DNA of 64,000 bases from Bacteroidales bacterium. Lineage in GTDB: Bacteria > Bacteroidota > Bacteroidia > Bacteroidales > JAUNSR01. Under the pieces are notes generated by a model. That model had not been told where the DNA came from. It worked only from the letters and a program-made list of their open reading frames with translations, and did no database searches. The stretch covers positions 30,404 to 94,403 of the forward strand of contig JAVVQG010000008.1 of NCBI GenBank assembly GCA_036655355.1. The letters are read 5' to 3'. Made by a program: the position numbers and the translations under genes. Numbering within the stretch: position 1 is the first letter of the stretch; each line of letters begins with the position of its first letter. Positions 29,081 through 38,086 of this stretch are shown here, piece by piece.

Positions 29081-29158
29081 AAGAAGGCCAGAATAATCGA
29101 ATTGATTGTCCTGACCTTTAGATTTTTACTATTGGACTATTATAATCCGTATCATGGA
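29081..29158 (+). repeat. island intergenic repeat, copy B (diverged hairpin module only)
   Basis: Hairpin aagaaggccagaataatcgaattgattgtcctgaccttt is followed by the conserved tail tactattggactattataat. Confidence 0.6.
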
Positions 29159-29189
29159 GTAATATTGTCAATTGCACCACTTTTTCTTC

Positions 29190-29501
29190 TTATATTAGAT
29201 CCTGTTGGAATTCATGAATAATCTTTATTCCCAGCACTGATTCTATTTTAGAAAGAGTTTCAAGTGAAAGGTTCTCTTTTCCTTTTAGTATCTTGGAAAT
29301 ATACTGTTGACTACAATCCATCATTTCAGCTAGTTTCTTTTGGGTTAAGCCTAGTTCATCCATACGATCGTGCATCCGAATAGCTATCATCTGAGAATAC
29401 CGCAACCATTCACGGTTTTGTCTGCGAAATTCAGCTTCTTCTCTCCATTTGGAGGGAGTGGCAGAAGTAAATTTTCTTAGTTTCTCTACTGTTGCTTCCA
29501 T
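29190..29501 (-). CDS. XRE-family helix-turn-helix protein (putative antitoxin)
   Basis: 103 aa with the HTH LGLTQKKLAEMMDCSQQYISKILKGKENLSLETLSKIESVLG. It starts 9 nt after the upstream ORF. Confidence 0.8.
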   Translation of the reverse strand: MEATVEKLRKFTSATPSKWREEAEFRRQNREWLRYSQMIAIRMHDRMDELGLTQKKLAEMMDCSQQYISKILKGKENLSLETLSKIESVLGIKIIHEFQQDLI

Positions 29502-29509
29502 TGATTTTT

Positions 29510-30061
29510 TTATTTTAGTTCGCGAAGATAGTCTTCAAAACCATCATTATCTATTATACCTTCATTAAGTAGGAAAGTCCTTACACGTTCCATATTTGCC
29601 AATTCATCAAGTGTATGTTGACGATCTTGCATAGTGGCTGTTAGTTTAATAGCACCTCCCGTTATGATATAAACTCCCTTTGATAACTTTATCGCATATA
29701 TTCTTAACCAAGATGCATGGTAAGATCGCTTATCAACTTTTCCCTTTTCCTTTCCAAGCATTATATCTTTTATTCTGCTTGGTTCGAGATGACGAAATAA
29801 TTCATCGAGGTCAGCATCCGGTGAAATATCCATAATAAGGCATTGTAGACGTTCGGCATCCTCTATAGTGTCATAGATTGCCTGATTGACCTCCGTAATC
29901 TTAAAATATGAATTAAGGTCATCATAATTCTCTTTGAAGAAGGAACGAAGCCATGTCACATCATTCCATTTATCAAGTATAGTATATAATATATTTTCAC
30001 TATGCCCATCATATCTTACAGCCCAAAGGCGCCCATCCTGTGTTATATCATCAAAAGTCAT
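29510..30061 (-). CDS. hypothetical 183-aa protein, possible RelE/HigB-like toxin with N-terminal extension
   Basis: It appears translationally coupled to the XRE gene. The C-terminal SWLRIYAIKLSKGVYIITGGAIK resembles the RelE/ParE-fold beta strands, while the N-terminal half is unassigned. Confidence 0.5.
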   Translation of the reverse strand: MTFDDITQDGRLWAVRYDGHSENILYTILDKWNDVTWLRSFFKENYDDLNSYFKITEVNQAIYDTIEDAERLQCLIMDISPDADLDELFRHLEPSRIKDIMLGKEKGKVDKRSYHASWLRIYAIKLSKGVYIITGGAIKLTATMQDRQHTLDELANMERVRTFLLNEGIIDNDGFEDYLRELK

Positions 30062-30350
30062 CTATTATTTATTTAATGCAAAGATAATAGACCTCTTTCT
30101 TTTATACAACTATCAGGTTGTATAAAAGAAGTAATCATCTTATTTTTAATAAATAACAAGCTATGGTTATAGAAGTTTATTTGCTTCCGATTTGTGTATT
30201 TAGCCGTCCATATCTTCCCATCGTTATTTACACACCGTAGTTGCGTTTATAAATATACTCAAGTCTGATTGGAAGAAAAGCACCTTAAGAATGATTAAGA
30301 ACGTCGTATAAATACCCGTCGCCATTCGAAAAGGAAATCGATGAAAAACT

Positions 30351-30550
30351 AAATTCTATTTTCAGATGGTTATTTATATCTCTAGGGTTTTAATCGGATA
30401 AAATACCTTATTTACTCTTATTGCAAGAGATTATATAAAAGCAGAAAAGCCAAGATAATCACATCGACTATCTTGGCTTTTCTGCTTTTACTATTGGATT
30501 ATTATAATTGGTGTTTTGGAACGAAATGATTAATCGAAACAGTTTATTTC
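30351..30550 (+). repeat. island intergenic repeat, copy C (5' two-thirds)
   Basis: It is nearly identical to copy E over the perfect 20-bp-stem hairpin (30438-30488) and the tail tactattggattattataattggtgttttggaacgaa. It diverges after about 30529. Confidence 0.85.
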
Positions 30551-30717
30551 TTTAGAATGGAACTATGTATAAAAACAAATCCCCTTCGACAAAGGAAGAG
30601 GATTCTTGATATTTTTTATAGTGCAGTAAGCTGGGATTTAGTATGTAGGGGTTACTTACCCATTTCACCCCACTATATTGGTCGAGCTATTAAATGATTT
30701 AGGGACTTTCTTGTTTT

Positions 30718-31122
30718 TTATAGAGACAATAGTTCAGCTCCAATTTTGTGAAGCACATCTATTATCTGTTGTTTTCTTTCGCAAGAAGGATTCTTACTTC
30801 CTTTTATATAGGCTGCCATAAGACTCTGTGGGATACCAAGTCTTCGAGAAACTGCAGATACATTTAGTTCGGGATGTCCTCGAAATATATTCGCAATATC
30901 TCCGGATGGTTTGCGTTCTTCATATTCAAAGCTTTCGAAAGACACGTCTTCATCAATATCCTCCCAATGGATTCCGAAAGCATTGGTTCGATAATTAACA
31001 CGTTGTTCTTGTGTAGCAAGTTTCAATCTTGGATACCATAATAGAGATTGCCAAAGTATTTTACCTTCATCGGTCTCGATGAAAATCTTATCATCATCAA
31101 ACCATAATCTTCCTACTTTCAT
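30718..31122 (-). CDS. DUF2442-like domain fused to a C-terminal HTH
   Basis: 134 aa. The N-terminal pattern FDDDKIFIETDEGK...LLWYPRLKLATQEQRVNY...GIHWEDIDEDVSFESF matches DUF2442. The C-terminal LNVSAVSRRLGIPQSLMAAYIKG is a HTH. Confidence 0.7.
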   Translation of the reverse strand: MKVGRLWFDDDKIFIETDEGKILWQSLLWYPRLKLATQEQRVNYRTNAFGIHWEDIDEDVSFESFEYEERKPSGDIANIFRGHPELNVSAVSRRLGIPQSLMAAYIKGSKNPSCERKQQIIDVLHKIGAELLSL

Positions 31123-31132
31123 AATTCATTTT

Positions 31133-31369
31133 TTAAACTCCGAAATAATGATTCCATTCTTCCCGGAAATTAATCTTATTTTCTTCAAGTATACTTTCTG
31201 CTAAACGTATGTCTTTAGGTTTTAACCCTTTATTCTCTATAAGAATTACATCTTCTTCAATAACAAACTTTGCTACACCATCAGAGCACTCAACATGTAT
31301 ATGTATCGGTTCGTGTTCTCTGCTATAGAAGTAAAATCTAAGTCCAAATAATATTAATAATGTTGGCCT
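31133..31369 (-). pseudogene. DUF4160-like ORF lacking a canonical start codon (AGG where ATG is expected)
   Basis: A hand translation gives (R)PTLLILFGLRFYFYSREHEPIHIHVECSDGVAKFVIEEDVILIENKGLKPKDIRLAESILEENKINFREEWNHYFGV*. This fits the DUF4160 pattern MPT...FY..EH.PPH.H. It is absent from the ORF track because there is no ATG/GTG/TTG start, and it ends 10 nt before the DUF2442 gene. Confidence 0.5.
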
Positions 31370-31584
31370 TGTGGGTAATTTTAGATATATACAAATATAG
31401 GTTATAAAATTATATCCTACAATTATAACACATGAAATTAGATTAAGTAAAAACTATTTAGAAGAAGTACTTAACCGAAGGTTTATGAATGCTTGAGAGA
31501 AGTAGGTAATTATCTTCCTTATTTGAAATTTGAACACTTATTTCACACAATATGTTATAGTTATAATAAGCAGCCTATTTACAT

Positions 31585-32181
31585 ATGAAGCACGTAATTG
31601 TATATATTATATTTTTAATCACACTTTTCTCTTGTGAAGAGAAAAGTGTAATACCTATCTACGATTTAGGTAGGGTAGAATATGAAGTTCTTAAAGTTGA
31701 AGAGAAAAGTGAATTATCCAATTGGGTGGAAATTGATAATCTAAATAGTTCTTCCGAAACTATTCATAATTTAGAACTTCCTTCGAAACTATATTTTTCA
31801 TATCAATATATAGAACCTTATTGTCTGGATTCTATTAAACCAACATTGATTAATATTCCAAAATATAATGCAGCTGGTACTTTTATAAATATGACAAAAA
31901 ATAAGTATCAGTTTAGAATTAATCATTCCGAAAAAATAGATTCAGATAATATATATCAATTTCAAGTGATTGTACCTAAAAACGAAAAATATATAATTGA
32001 AATTTATAATAATGGAATTTCAATAGAAGGAAAATTTAAAGCATTATTAAATGGACTAGAATCAAAAGAGGTAGAGGGTAAATGGCTTAGTATTCAATTT
32101 GTTAGTTATACCGTAATTATAAGGGACAATCAGCAGGAGGTAGTCATGAGAAATACCTTAGATATTATCGATAATTTTTAA
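31585..32181 (+). CDS. hypothetical lipoprotein
   Basis: 198 aa with the lipobox ITLFSC, in AT-rich island context. No recognisable domain. Confidence 0.6.
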   Translation: MKHVIVYIIFLITLFSCEEKSVIPIYDLGRVEYEVLKVEEKSELSNWVEIDNLNSSSETIHNLELPSKLYFSYQYIEPYCLDSIKPTLINIPKYNAAGTFINMTKNKYQFRINHSEKIDSDNIYQFQVIVPKNEKYIIEIYNNGISIEGKFKALLNGLESKEVEGKWLSIQFVSYTVIIRDNQQEVVMRNTLDIIDNF

Positions 32182-32263
32182 ATTTATATTATTAAGATTA
32201 CCGCTATATAAAAATAATAACCAAGACGTGAGGGATTTGTTACCTATGAATCGGGTAAAAGTA

Positions 32264-32308
32264 CAAGTTTGAAAAAGTGTGATGAACTTTTTCAAACTTG
32301 ACTTTTTA
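32264..32308 (+). terminator. intrinsic terminator after the 198-aa lipoprotein gene
   Basis: Perfect 15-bp stem caagtttgaaaaagt / actttttcaaacttg with loop gtgatga, followed by actttttatt. Confidence 0.75.
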
Positions 32309-32340
32309 TTGCTTTGAATGATGTGCTTTACCGGAGGCTT

Positions 32341-32435
32341 ATGGAACGAACTGACGACAAAGTTTATTACAGTCTCGAAATCACAGGAAAATCAAATGCT
32401 GCTTAGCTTTTATTCAATAAAAGTAGGCAATTCCA
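32341..32435 (+). repeat. island intergenic repeat, copy D (3' module only)
   Basis: atggaacgaactgacgacaaagtttattacagtctcgaaatcacaggaaaatcaaatgctgcttagcttttattcaataaaagtaggcaattcca. It ends 16 nt from the stop of the 209-aa lipoprotein gene. Confidence 0.85.
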
Positions 32436-32451
32436 ATTGCCATTTTCTATG

Positions 32452-33081
32452 TTATCTTGTTCCATAAGTGGCATGGATCGTAATGGAATCAGTTGGATTC
32501 TTTTCGTTGTATAATGTCCCTTCTATTTTTACTTCTATTATCGGCTTCATGTAATTAAGCCATATTACATCCAAAATTTCTACTTTAAAGGGGTTGTTTT
32601 CTTTTGTTACATACCGAGATTCAATGCTTTTTTCGGTTTCATTCTCTAGTTTTGTAAAGTATAGATTTATCCGATTGTGGTCCCAATCCTTATAATAAGA
32701 ATTAGTGAGATAACGAATACCTTTTTTTAAATCATACATATATATGACAATAGAAGCATTCTCTTCATATTCAATAGATGTAGGCATTGCTACTATAGTA
32801 TCTTTATCGTTACCACTTGGATAAAAGATTCCTTTCATATTACTATGTATAGGGTTGAAAGGGTATCCTATTTTTTCTGGATACCCAACATTTTCAATCG
32901 AAATATATTTTTTATTGATTGTCCCTTTGAAATATCCCCAATGTATGTTCTCTTCTTTTGATTTTGGTTCCAAAATCGTACCATCTTTATCATTACATGA
33001 AGATATAATCAGATTAGATAAAAGAATTGTCAAAATAAGAATTTTGTACTTTTTCATCCATTTAAAAATTTGTGTATTCAT
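32452..33081 (-). CDS. hypothetical lipoprotein
   Basis: 209 aa with the lipobox LIISSC. It is AT-rich and has no recognisable domain. Confidence 0.6.
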   Translation of the reverse strand: MNTQIFKWMKKYKILILTILLSNLIISSCNDKDGTILEPKSKEENIHWGYFKGTINKKYISIENVGYPEKIGYPFNPIHSNMKGIFYPSGNDKDTIVAMPTSIEYEENASIVIYMYDLKKGIRYLTNSYYKDWDHNRINLYFTKLENETEKSIESRYVTKENNPFKVEILDVIWLNYMKPIIEVKIEGTLYNEKNPTDSITIHATYGTR

Positions 33082-33291
33082 ACAATGAGTATTCCGACGA
33101 AAGTGTAGATCTGTTCCGGAGGAAAGTGTACATCTCAGAAGAGTTGAAAAATTATAGATAAACGTATTAAGATTTATTTTCTACTCATAGACTCTCCTTT
33201 ATTATGTAAAGAATTACATAACAAAGGGTAAGCGTAAAGCTGTTGCCATCAATCACATAAAAGGAGTTACTTTTAAAGTTGACTTCTTATG

Positions 33292-33538
33292 TGGTAGCTG
33301 ATTCCTGGTTTGCAAAATCAACTTTTTATCAAGGGCTTAACAAGATGGAATTTCATCTTATTTCGAGATTCAGAGATGATGCACAATGTTTTCCTGCTCG
33401 GAAGATTTATTGCAATGTTTGTCATTAATCTGAACAGAATCTTAAATGACAGACTTTTCAAAGGACTGGCCTAGTTTAGGGCGAATGCCGTTTAGCTCCA
33501 ATATTGGGTTTTTCGAATTTAATTACGAAATATTGTAA
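33292..33538 (+). mobile_element. decayed DDE transposase fragment with IS right end (copy 1)
   Basis: A broken frame reads VVADSWFAKSTFYQGLNKMEFHLISRFRDD, then jumps to a 3' part homologous to 41440-41596. It shares the terminus tagctccaatattgggttt..cgaat..aat.acgaa.tattgtaa. Confidence 0.6.
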
Positions 33539-33584
33539 TTTAATACCCCCCTAAAAAGGAGAAGCGGACATCGTGATACTATGC

Positions 33585-34187
33585 TTAGAATTTTAATGGA
33601 ACAAATACTGATATACCAAAATCTCTAGTGTAAACTCTTTGAGTAGACTTTAAATATTCAAGAACGGGCTTAAATCCATTCTTATAGAAAACAGATACCT
33701 GCATAAACTGAAAATCAAATCCAATCTGCCCCATTGCTGCAATATCCCAATACGTTTTTTGTTTGTTATTAAAAGTTCGGTTATCCCAATAATAGCTTGG
33801 ACAGGCTCCTATTCCAACAAATAACCGATTCCATACAAATCGGTTTACGGAGATAGTCATACCGACAGACTGTAGTCGAGTGGTCTGTTTTTCTGTTTCA
33901 TCGATAAAAGTGACACCAATACCGCGGTTTTGATAAGCAAGAGATAAATCATACATATATCTTTTTGATTCATATTGGATTTTATATCCTATATTAAATG
34001 AAAAACTTGGATGCCATTTATCTGATTCTAAAATTGGAGTATACGGATCGTCCGGTCTGGTATACATTGAAGCTTGTCGTCTTACCCAACTATCAGCCAT
34101 TTCTAAAACTACACCATTCCGAAATTGACTAAAGAGACAAAATGGAGTACATATCAAAAAAGCGTAAATAAATATGATTCTTTTCAT
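33585..34187 (-). CDS. small outer-membrane beta-barrel protein (hypothetical)
   Basis: 200 aa with a signal peptide, alternating hydrophobic beta-strand pattern, aromatic girdle residues and a C-terminal ...VFVPLKF. Confidence 0.6.
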   Translation of the reverse strand: MKRIIFIYAFLICTPFCLFSQFRNGVVLEMADSWVRRQASMYTRPDDPYTPILESDKWHPSFSFNIGYKIQYESKRYMYDLSLAYQNRGIGVTFIDETEKQTTRLQSVGMTISVNRFVWNRLFVGIGACPSYYWDNRTFNNKQKTYWDIAAMGQIGFDFQFMQVSVFYKNGFKPVLEYLKSTQRVYTRDFGISVFVPLKF

Positions 34188-34313
34188 TTTTGTATAATTA
34201 AAAGTCAGTCATAAATTAAACTCTATCAAAGAAAATATATTTGAAATTGTTTTATATAGGAGATATATTATTAAAAGTCAGAATAATATTATAATGCCAG
34301 AGAAACAAATTAA

Positions 34314-35300
34314 TTAGGGATTATCCTTCTTGTCATATAATGTTTTTTTCTCACAAACAGAGATTACTCGAAAATAACCTAATATTTCATTCCCGAAATT
34401 CCCTTTCAAACTTGTAGGAGAAGGCATATATGCCCCTCCATCGGCCCGTAATTGATCTATTTGTCCGGAAACGAAGTTGAAGTATGATTCTGATATTGAT
34501 CCAACACGGATAGTGGCAGAATCAGTTTCATTAAAGGGATACCACATATTAGTGGGATAACCCTTTGATGTTTCACCACTATTTACCTGGAAATTACGAA
34601 CATTTAATGGTAGGTTTTGCCCATCAGTAATAGAATATGACCAATTTTTTATATTCACCATATCCATAATCTCTTCCAAGGAACTACGTTTAAAGGAAAA
34701 GATATAATAGTTATTCTCATGAGAAGGGTTTATAAAGTCAATAAATGGAGTAAGTTGCCACCCCTCTTTTTCATGAGACACATAACGTATTTCAAAATTT
34801 GTTACTTCTGGGATACTTTGCATCTTTTCGGTAGCAATATACCGATGTTCATCATAAATAATCTCTAGTGTATAAGTATTACCAGGAATTCCTCTGATAT
34901 GATGAGAAGCAAAATATCCGTCAAAAATACTTTTGGGATCACTTATCTTCTTTGACTTAGAACAAATATAAATTGAATCCCCCCTATCATCAATATAGTA
35001 ATAAGAACATGTTTCGTAATTGCGTGATAAATATATATCTTTTTCAAGGGGTTGTAAGGTATCCTTCTTTCCAGTATTATCAGATAAAATCAATAAAGCA
35101 TTCTCAACCCCTTCAAAATAAGAAGCATTTAATGCTCCACTCTTGAAGAGTCTAAAATAATAAGGTGGGGAATCATTACTAATTTCTCCTTCTATTACTA
35201 ACTTTTGTGGATAATAATACTGTTCCACTAAGTCTACTGTTTCAACACATCCTATATGTAATAGTAATAATAAACAAAAGCACAGTAATTCTCTTTTCAT
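34314..35300 (-). CDS. DUF4249-like lipoprotein
   Basis: 328 aa with the lipobox LHIGC. Its size and position immediately downstream of a CarboxypepD_reg-type TonB-dependent receptor fit the common Bacteroidetes TBDR-DUF4249 pair. Confidence 0.65.
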   Translation of the reverse strand: MKRELLCFCLLLLLHIGCVETVDLVEQYYYPQKLVIEGEISNDSPPYYFRLFKSGALNASYFEGVENALLILSDNTGKKDTLQPLEKDIYLSRNYETCSYYYIDDRGDSIYICSKSKKISDPKSIFDGYFASHHIRGIPGNTYTLEIIYDEHRYIATEKMQSIPEVTNFEIRYVSHEKEGWQLTPFIDFINPSHENNYYIFSFKRSSLEEIMDMVNIKNWSYSITDGQNLPLNVRNFQVNSGETSKGYPTNMWYPFNETDSATIRVGSISESYFNFVSGQIDQLRADGGAYMPSPTSLKGNFGNEILGYFRVISVCEKKTLYDKKDNP

Positions 35301-35302
35301 GA

Positions 35303-37582
35303 TTAAAATTTAAAATTATAAGTTACAGAAGGTAGGATGCCATACAAATACATCTTACAAAAATGGCCTTTATTCATCCCGTCTTTATCATATCCCGCAA
35401 ACATGCTAAATACATTTTTCCGGTCATAAAGATTCATTATACCAAAACTCCATTCTGACTTCAATCGATAGTTATTAATAGGCTTATAATTTATCATTAA
35501 ATCTAATTGATGAAACAATGGTGCGCGATAACCATTTCGTTCAGAATATTCATAAAAAACTACACCTTGATAGATATAAGAATTAATAGGTAATGTTAAA
35601 TTCATACCTGATCGTAAAGCAAAGGTTGAAGAAAGACTCCATTTGGAATCTAATTGCTGTGCTATGAATAATTTTAAGGAATGAGGACGATCATAAACTG
35701 GTCTATAGCTTTTCCCATTATTAATTCCGTCAATATGATTACGTGAGAAAGAATATGTATAAGAGATAGTCGCATGAGTAGTAGCCGTTTTGAAATCAAA
35801 TAACATTTCAACACCATATGCGTTAGACCATCCTGATAAAAGTTCATTTTCAATTCCATCATTCATAAAGAGATTCGCATTATCCTTAAAGTCAGCTATA
35901 TGTTGTGTGTTTTTATAATATGTTGCTATTTCCAATGCAAACTTCTGTTTAAAAAAAGATTGTTTGTAAGCAGAAGAAAATTGATAGGTAATCATTGGAT
36001 GCAATAATTTGTTAGCCGGTAACCAAATATCAGAAGGTAAACCTATCGAAGAATTTGTCATTAAGTGCATATTTTGAGAAGCAACATTTGCTGAAATCAA
36101 GACATTTGCCGTACCAGATAATTTCTGTATTAATTGTAATCGTGGTTCTGGAATAATAAAAATAGCTTGTGACATCATTTTATTTTTATTAGAAAATAAA
36201 ATGGGTAATCTTATACCTCCTTCTAATGTGGTTTTTTCAGAAATAGAATAATTTACTCCTGTATATAATACCGTCTCGAAACATTTTCTTTCACCCATAG
36301 AGAAAGGTATTATATTTGAATTATCATTCATTTTACTCACTTCCCCAGGCAACGTATAGAAAAGAGAGCCTTCAACTCCCAGCCTAAAAGATAATCTTTG
36401 AGAAAAATACCATTCCATATTCTCTTTAAGATTAAACATTCTAATATCCGAACTCCATAGATAATCTTTTCCATCTGAATAATGTTCATAGTCATAATTG
36501 TAATTACTATAACTTAAAGTTGTATTCAAATTCATTTTTTCTTTTACAATACTACTCCAACGAAAAGTACCTGTAGCATTTTTCCAATGCATCGCATAAT
36601 CGGAAACTACAGCTGCTGCATTGAAATGATCGCTGCTAGTATAAAAAGATAAGTAAAATCTATTTCGAGAGTTGGTTGTCAGATTCACTTTTGCATTCAC
36701 ATCATAATAATCAATTTGGGAGTTACTAAAGTCTACTTGCTTATAATTAAATAAGCCTGCTTTATCAAGTAGGTTTAAAAGACCTCCCGGATTACCATAT
36801 CGTCCGGATAGAATAAATGAAAGTTTTTCCTTGATTATAGGTCCTTCTATTGACAAACGCGAAGCCACTAAACCGACTCCACCTTTCAATTGATAATGCT
36901 GATTATTACCTTCTTTCATTCTTACATCTATCACACTAGCATTTCTTCCACCATAGTTTACAGGCATATAAGCTTTGTAAAATTCCACTTCTTTAACTGC
37001 ATCATTATTAAATACTGAAAAAAAAGAAAGTGCATGGTTTGGATTATATACAATCGCCTCGTCTAATAATATAAGATTTTGCCAATGATTGCTACCTCGA
37101 ACTGATAAGTTATTAACACCGTCATTAGCATTTACTACGCCAGGGTAAGATTGTATACCTTTTAATAAATCGGGTTCACCTCCAGCTGTAGGAATTAAAG
37201 CTATATGATTATTTAGCAAATGATGATAACCTATATTGACCTTCTGCTTACTTTCTACAACAACTTCATTTAAATTGGTTACTGTTGGGGACAATGATAT
37301 TAGTATAGTCGTATCTTTCCTTACATTTAATAAAATACTTTTAGTTTCATAACCTATCATTGAACATTTAATCTCAATTGGTGCTTCTGTAAGTTTAAAT
37401 TCAATCGAAAAAAAACCATAAGAATTTGATATTGTTCCTGTATTTAATCTTTTATAATAAATATGTGCTCCACTAATCAACTCTCCGGAATTTGCAACTT
37501 GAACTCTTCCAGCCAAAGTGATAGTGCTTCCAAAAGCGACCAATGGAATAAATATTAATAAAAACAATATTATTTTTAGCAT
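35303..37582 (-). CDS. TonB-dependent receptor with N-terminal carboxypeptidase-regulatory-like domain
   Basis: 759 aa with a signal peptide and the GRVQVANSGELISGAHIY...TGTISNSYGFFSI motif. It also has a plug (LLKGIQSYPGV...LSVRGS), a long beta-barrel and a C-terminal ...SVTYNFKF. Confidence 0.85.
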   Translation of the reverse strand: MLKIILFLLIFIPLVAFGSTITLAGRVQVANSGELISGAHIYYKRLNTGTISNSYGFFSIEFKLTEAPIEIKCSMIGYETKSILLNVRKDTTILISLSPTVTNLNEVVVESKQKVNIGYHHLLNNHIALIPTAGGEPDLLKGIQSYPGVVNANDGVNNLSVRGSNHWQNLILLDEAIVYNPNHALSFFSVFNNDAVKEVEFYKAYMPVNYGGRNASVIDVRMKEGNNQHYQLKGGVGLVASRLSIEGPIIKEKLSFILSGRYGNPGGLLNLLDKAGLFNYKQVDFSNSQIDYYDVNAKVNLTTNSRNRFYLSFYTSSDHFNAAAVVSDYAMHWKNATGTFRWSSIVKEKMNLNTTLSYSNYNYDYEHYSDGKDYLWSSDIRMFNLKENMEWYFSQRLSFRLGVEGSLFYTLPGEVSKMNDNSNIIPFSMGERKCFETVLYTGVNYSISEKTTLEGGIRLPILFSNKNKMMSQAIFIIPEPRLQLIQKLSGTANVLISANVASQNMHLMTNSSIGLPSDIWLPANKLLHPMITYQFSSAYKQSFFKQKFALEIATYYKNTQHIADFKDNANLFMNDGIENELLSGWSNAYGVEMLFDFKTATTHATISYTYSFSRNHIDGINNGKSYRPVYDRPHSLKLFIAQQLDSKWSLSSTFALRSGMNLTLPINSYIYQGVVFYEYSERNGYRAPLFHQLDLMINYKPINNYRLKSEWSFGIMNLYDRKNVFSMFAGYDKDGMNKGHFCKMYLYGILPSVTYNFKF

Positions 37583-37596
37583 ACTTAAAATGTGAT

Positions 37597-37956
37597 TTAC
37601 AGATTAGAAATAGCCTCTTCAATTAGAAAGCAAATTTCTTCAGCTGGCCCGGAATTGATAACTAACTTATTGTTTATAATTAAAGAGGGAGTGGAATACA
37701 CACCGTTTTTAATTGATTTCTCATTAGAAAACTCTAATTTTTGTTTTATGCTTTCACAATGGAGATCTAGATTAAACTTATTTGTATCTAAGTCTAATGA
37801 GTCTGCAAAATGGTACAAAGTATCCTAATCAATCATTGCTTTATGATTAAATAGTAGATTTTGATTTGCTGCAGTTTCTGATGCAATTTGAGACAATGTC
37901 GGATATACAGGAAAATTCACGAATCCAAATTTAGCCTTTTCTTTATATGAATTATA
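37597..37956 (-). pseudogene. DsbA/thioredoxin-like protein remnant (N-terminally truncated, in-frame TAG at 37825-37827)
   Basis: The minus frame reads ...KFGFVNFPVYPTLSQIASETAANQNLLFNHKAMID*DTLYHFADSLDLDTNKFNLDLHCESIKQKLEFSNEKSIKNGVYSTPSLIINNKLV... This is the C-terminal DsbA-like pattern (G..sTP..iiN). No CXXC segment remains. Confidence 0.5.
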
Positions 37957-38086
37957 TCACTAGTTTCTGCTAAAAAACAAAAATCGTTCTTTTAAATAAT
38001 TGATATTCTATTACTTGTGAGCCTATTTTGAGCGTGACGATTTGAAATCATAGATTTGCGTTGCTTTAATAGCAGGATAATGAACA

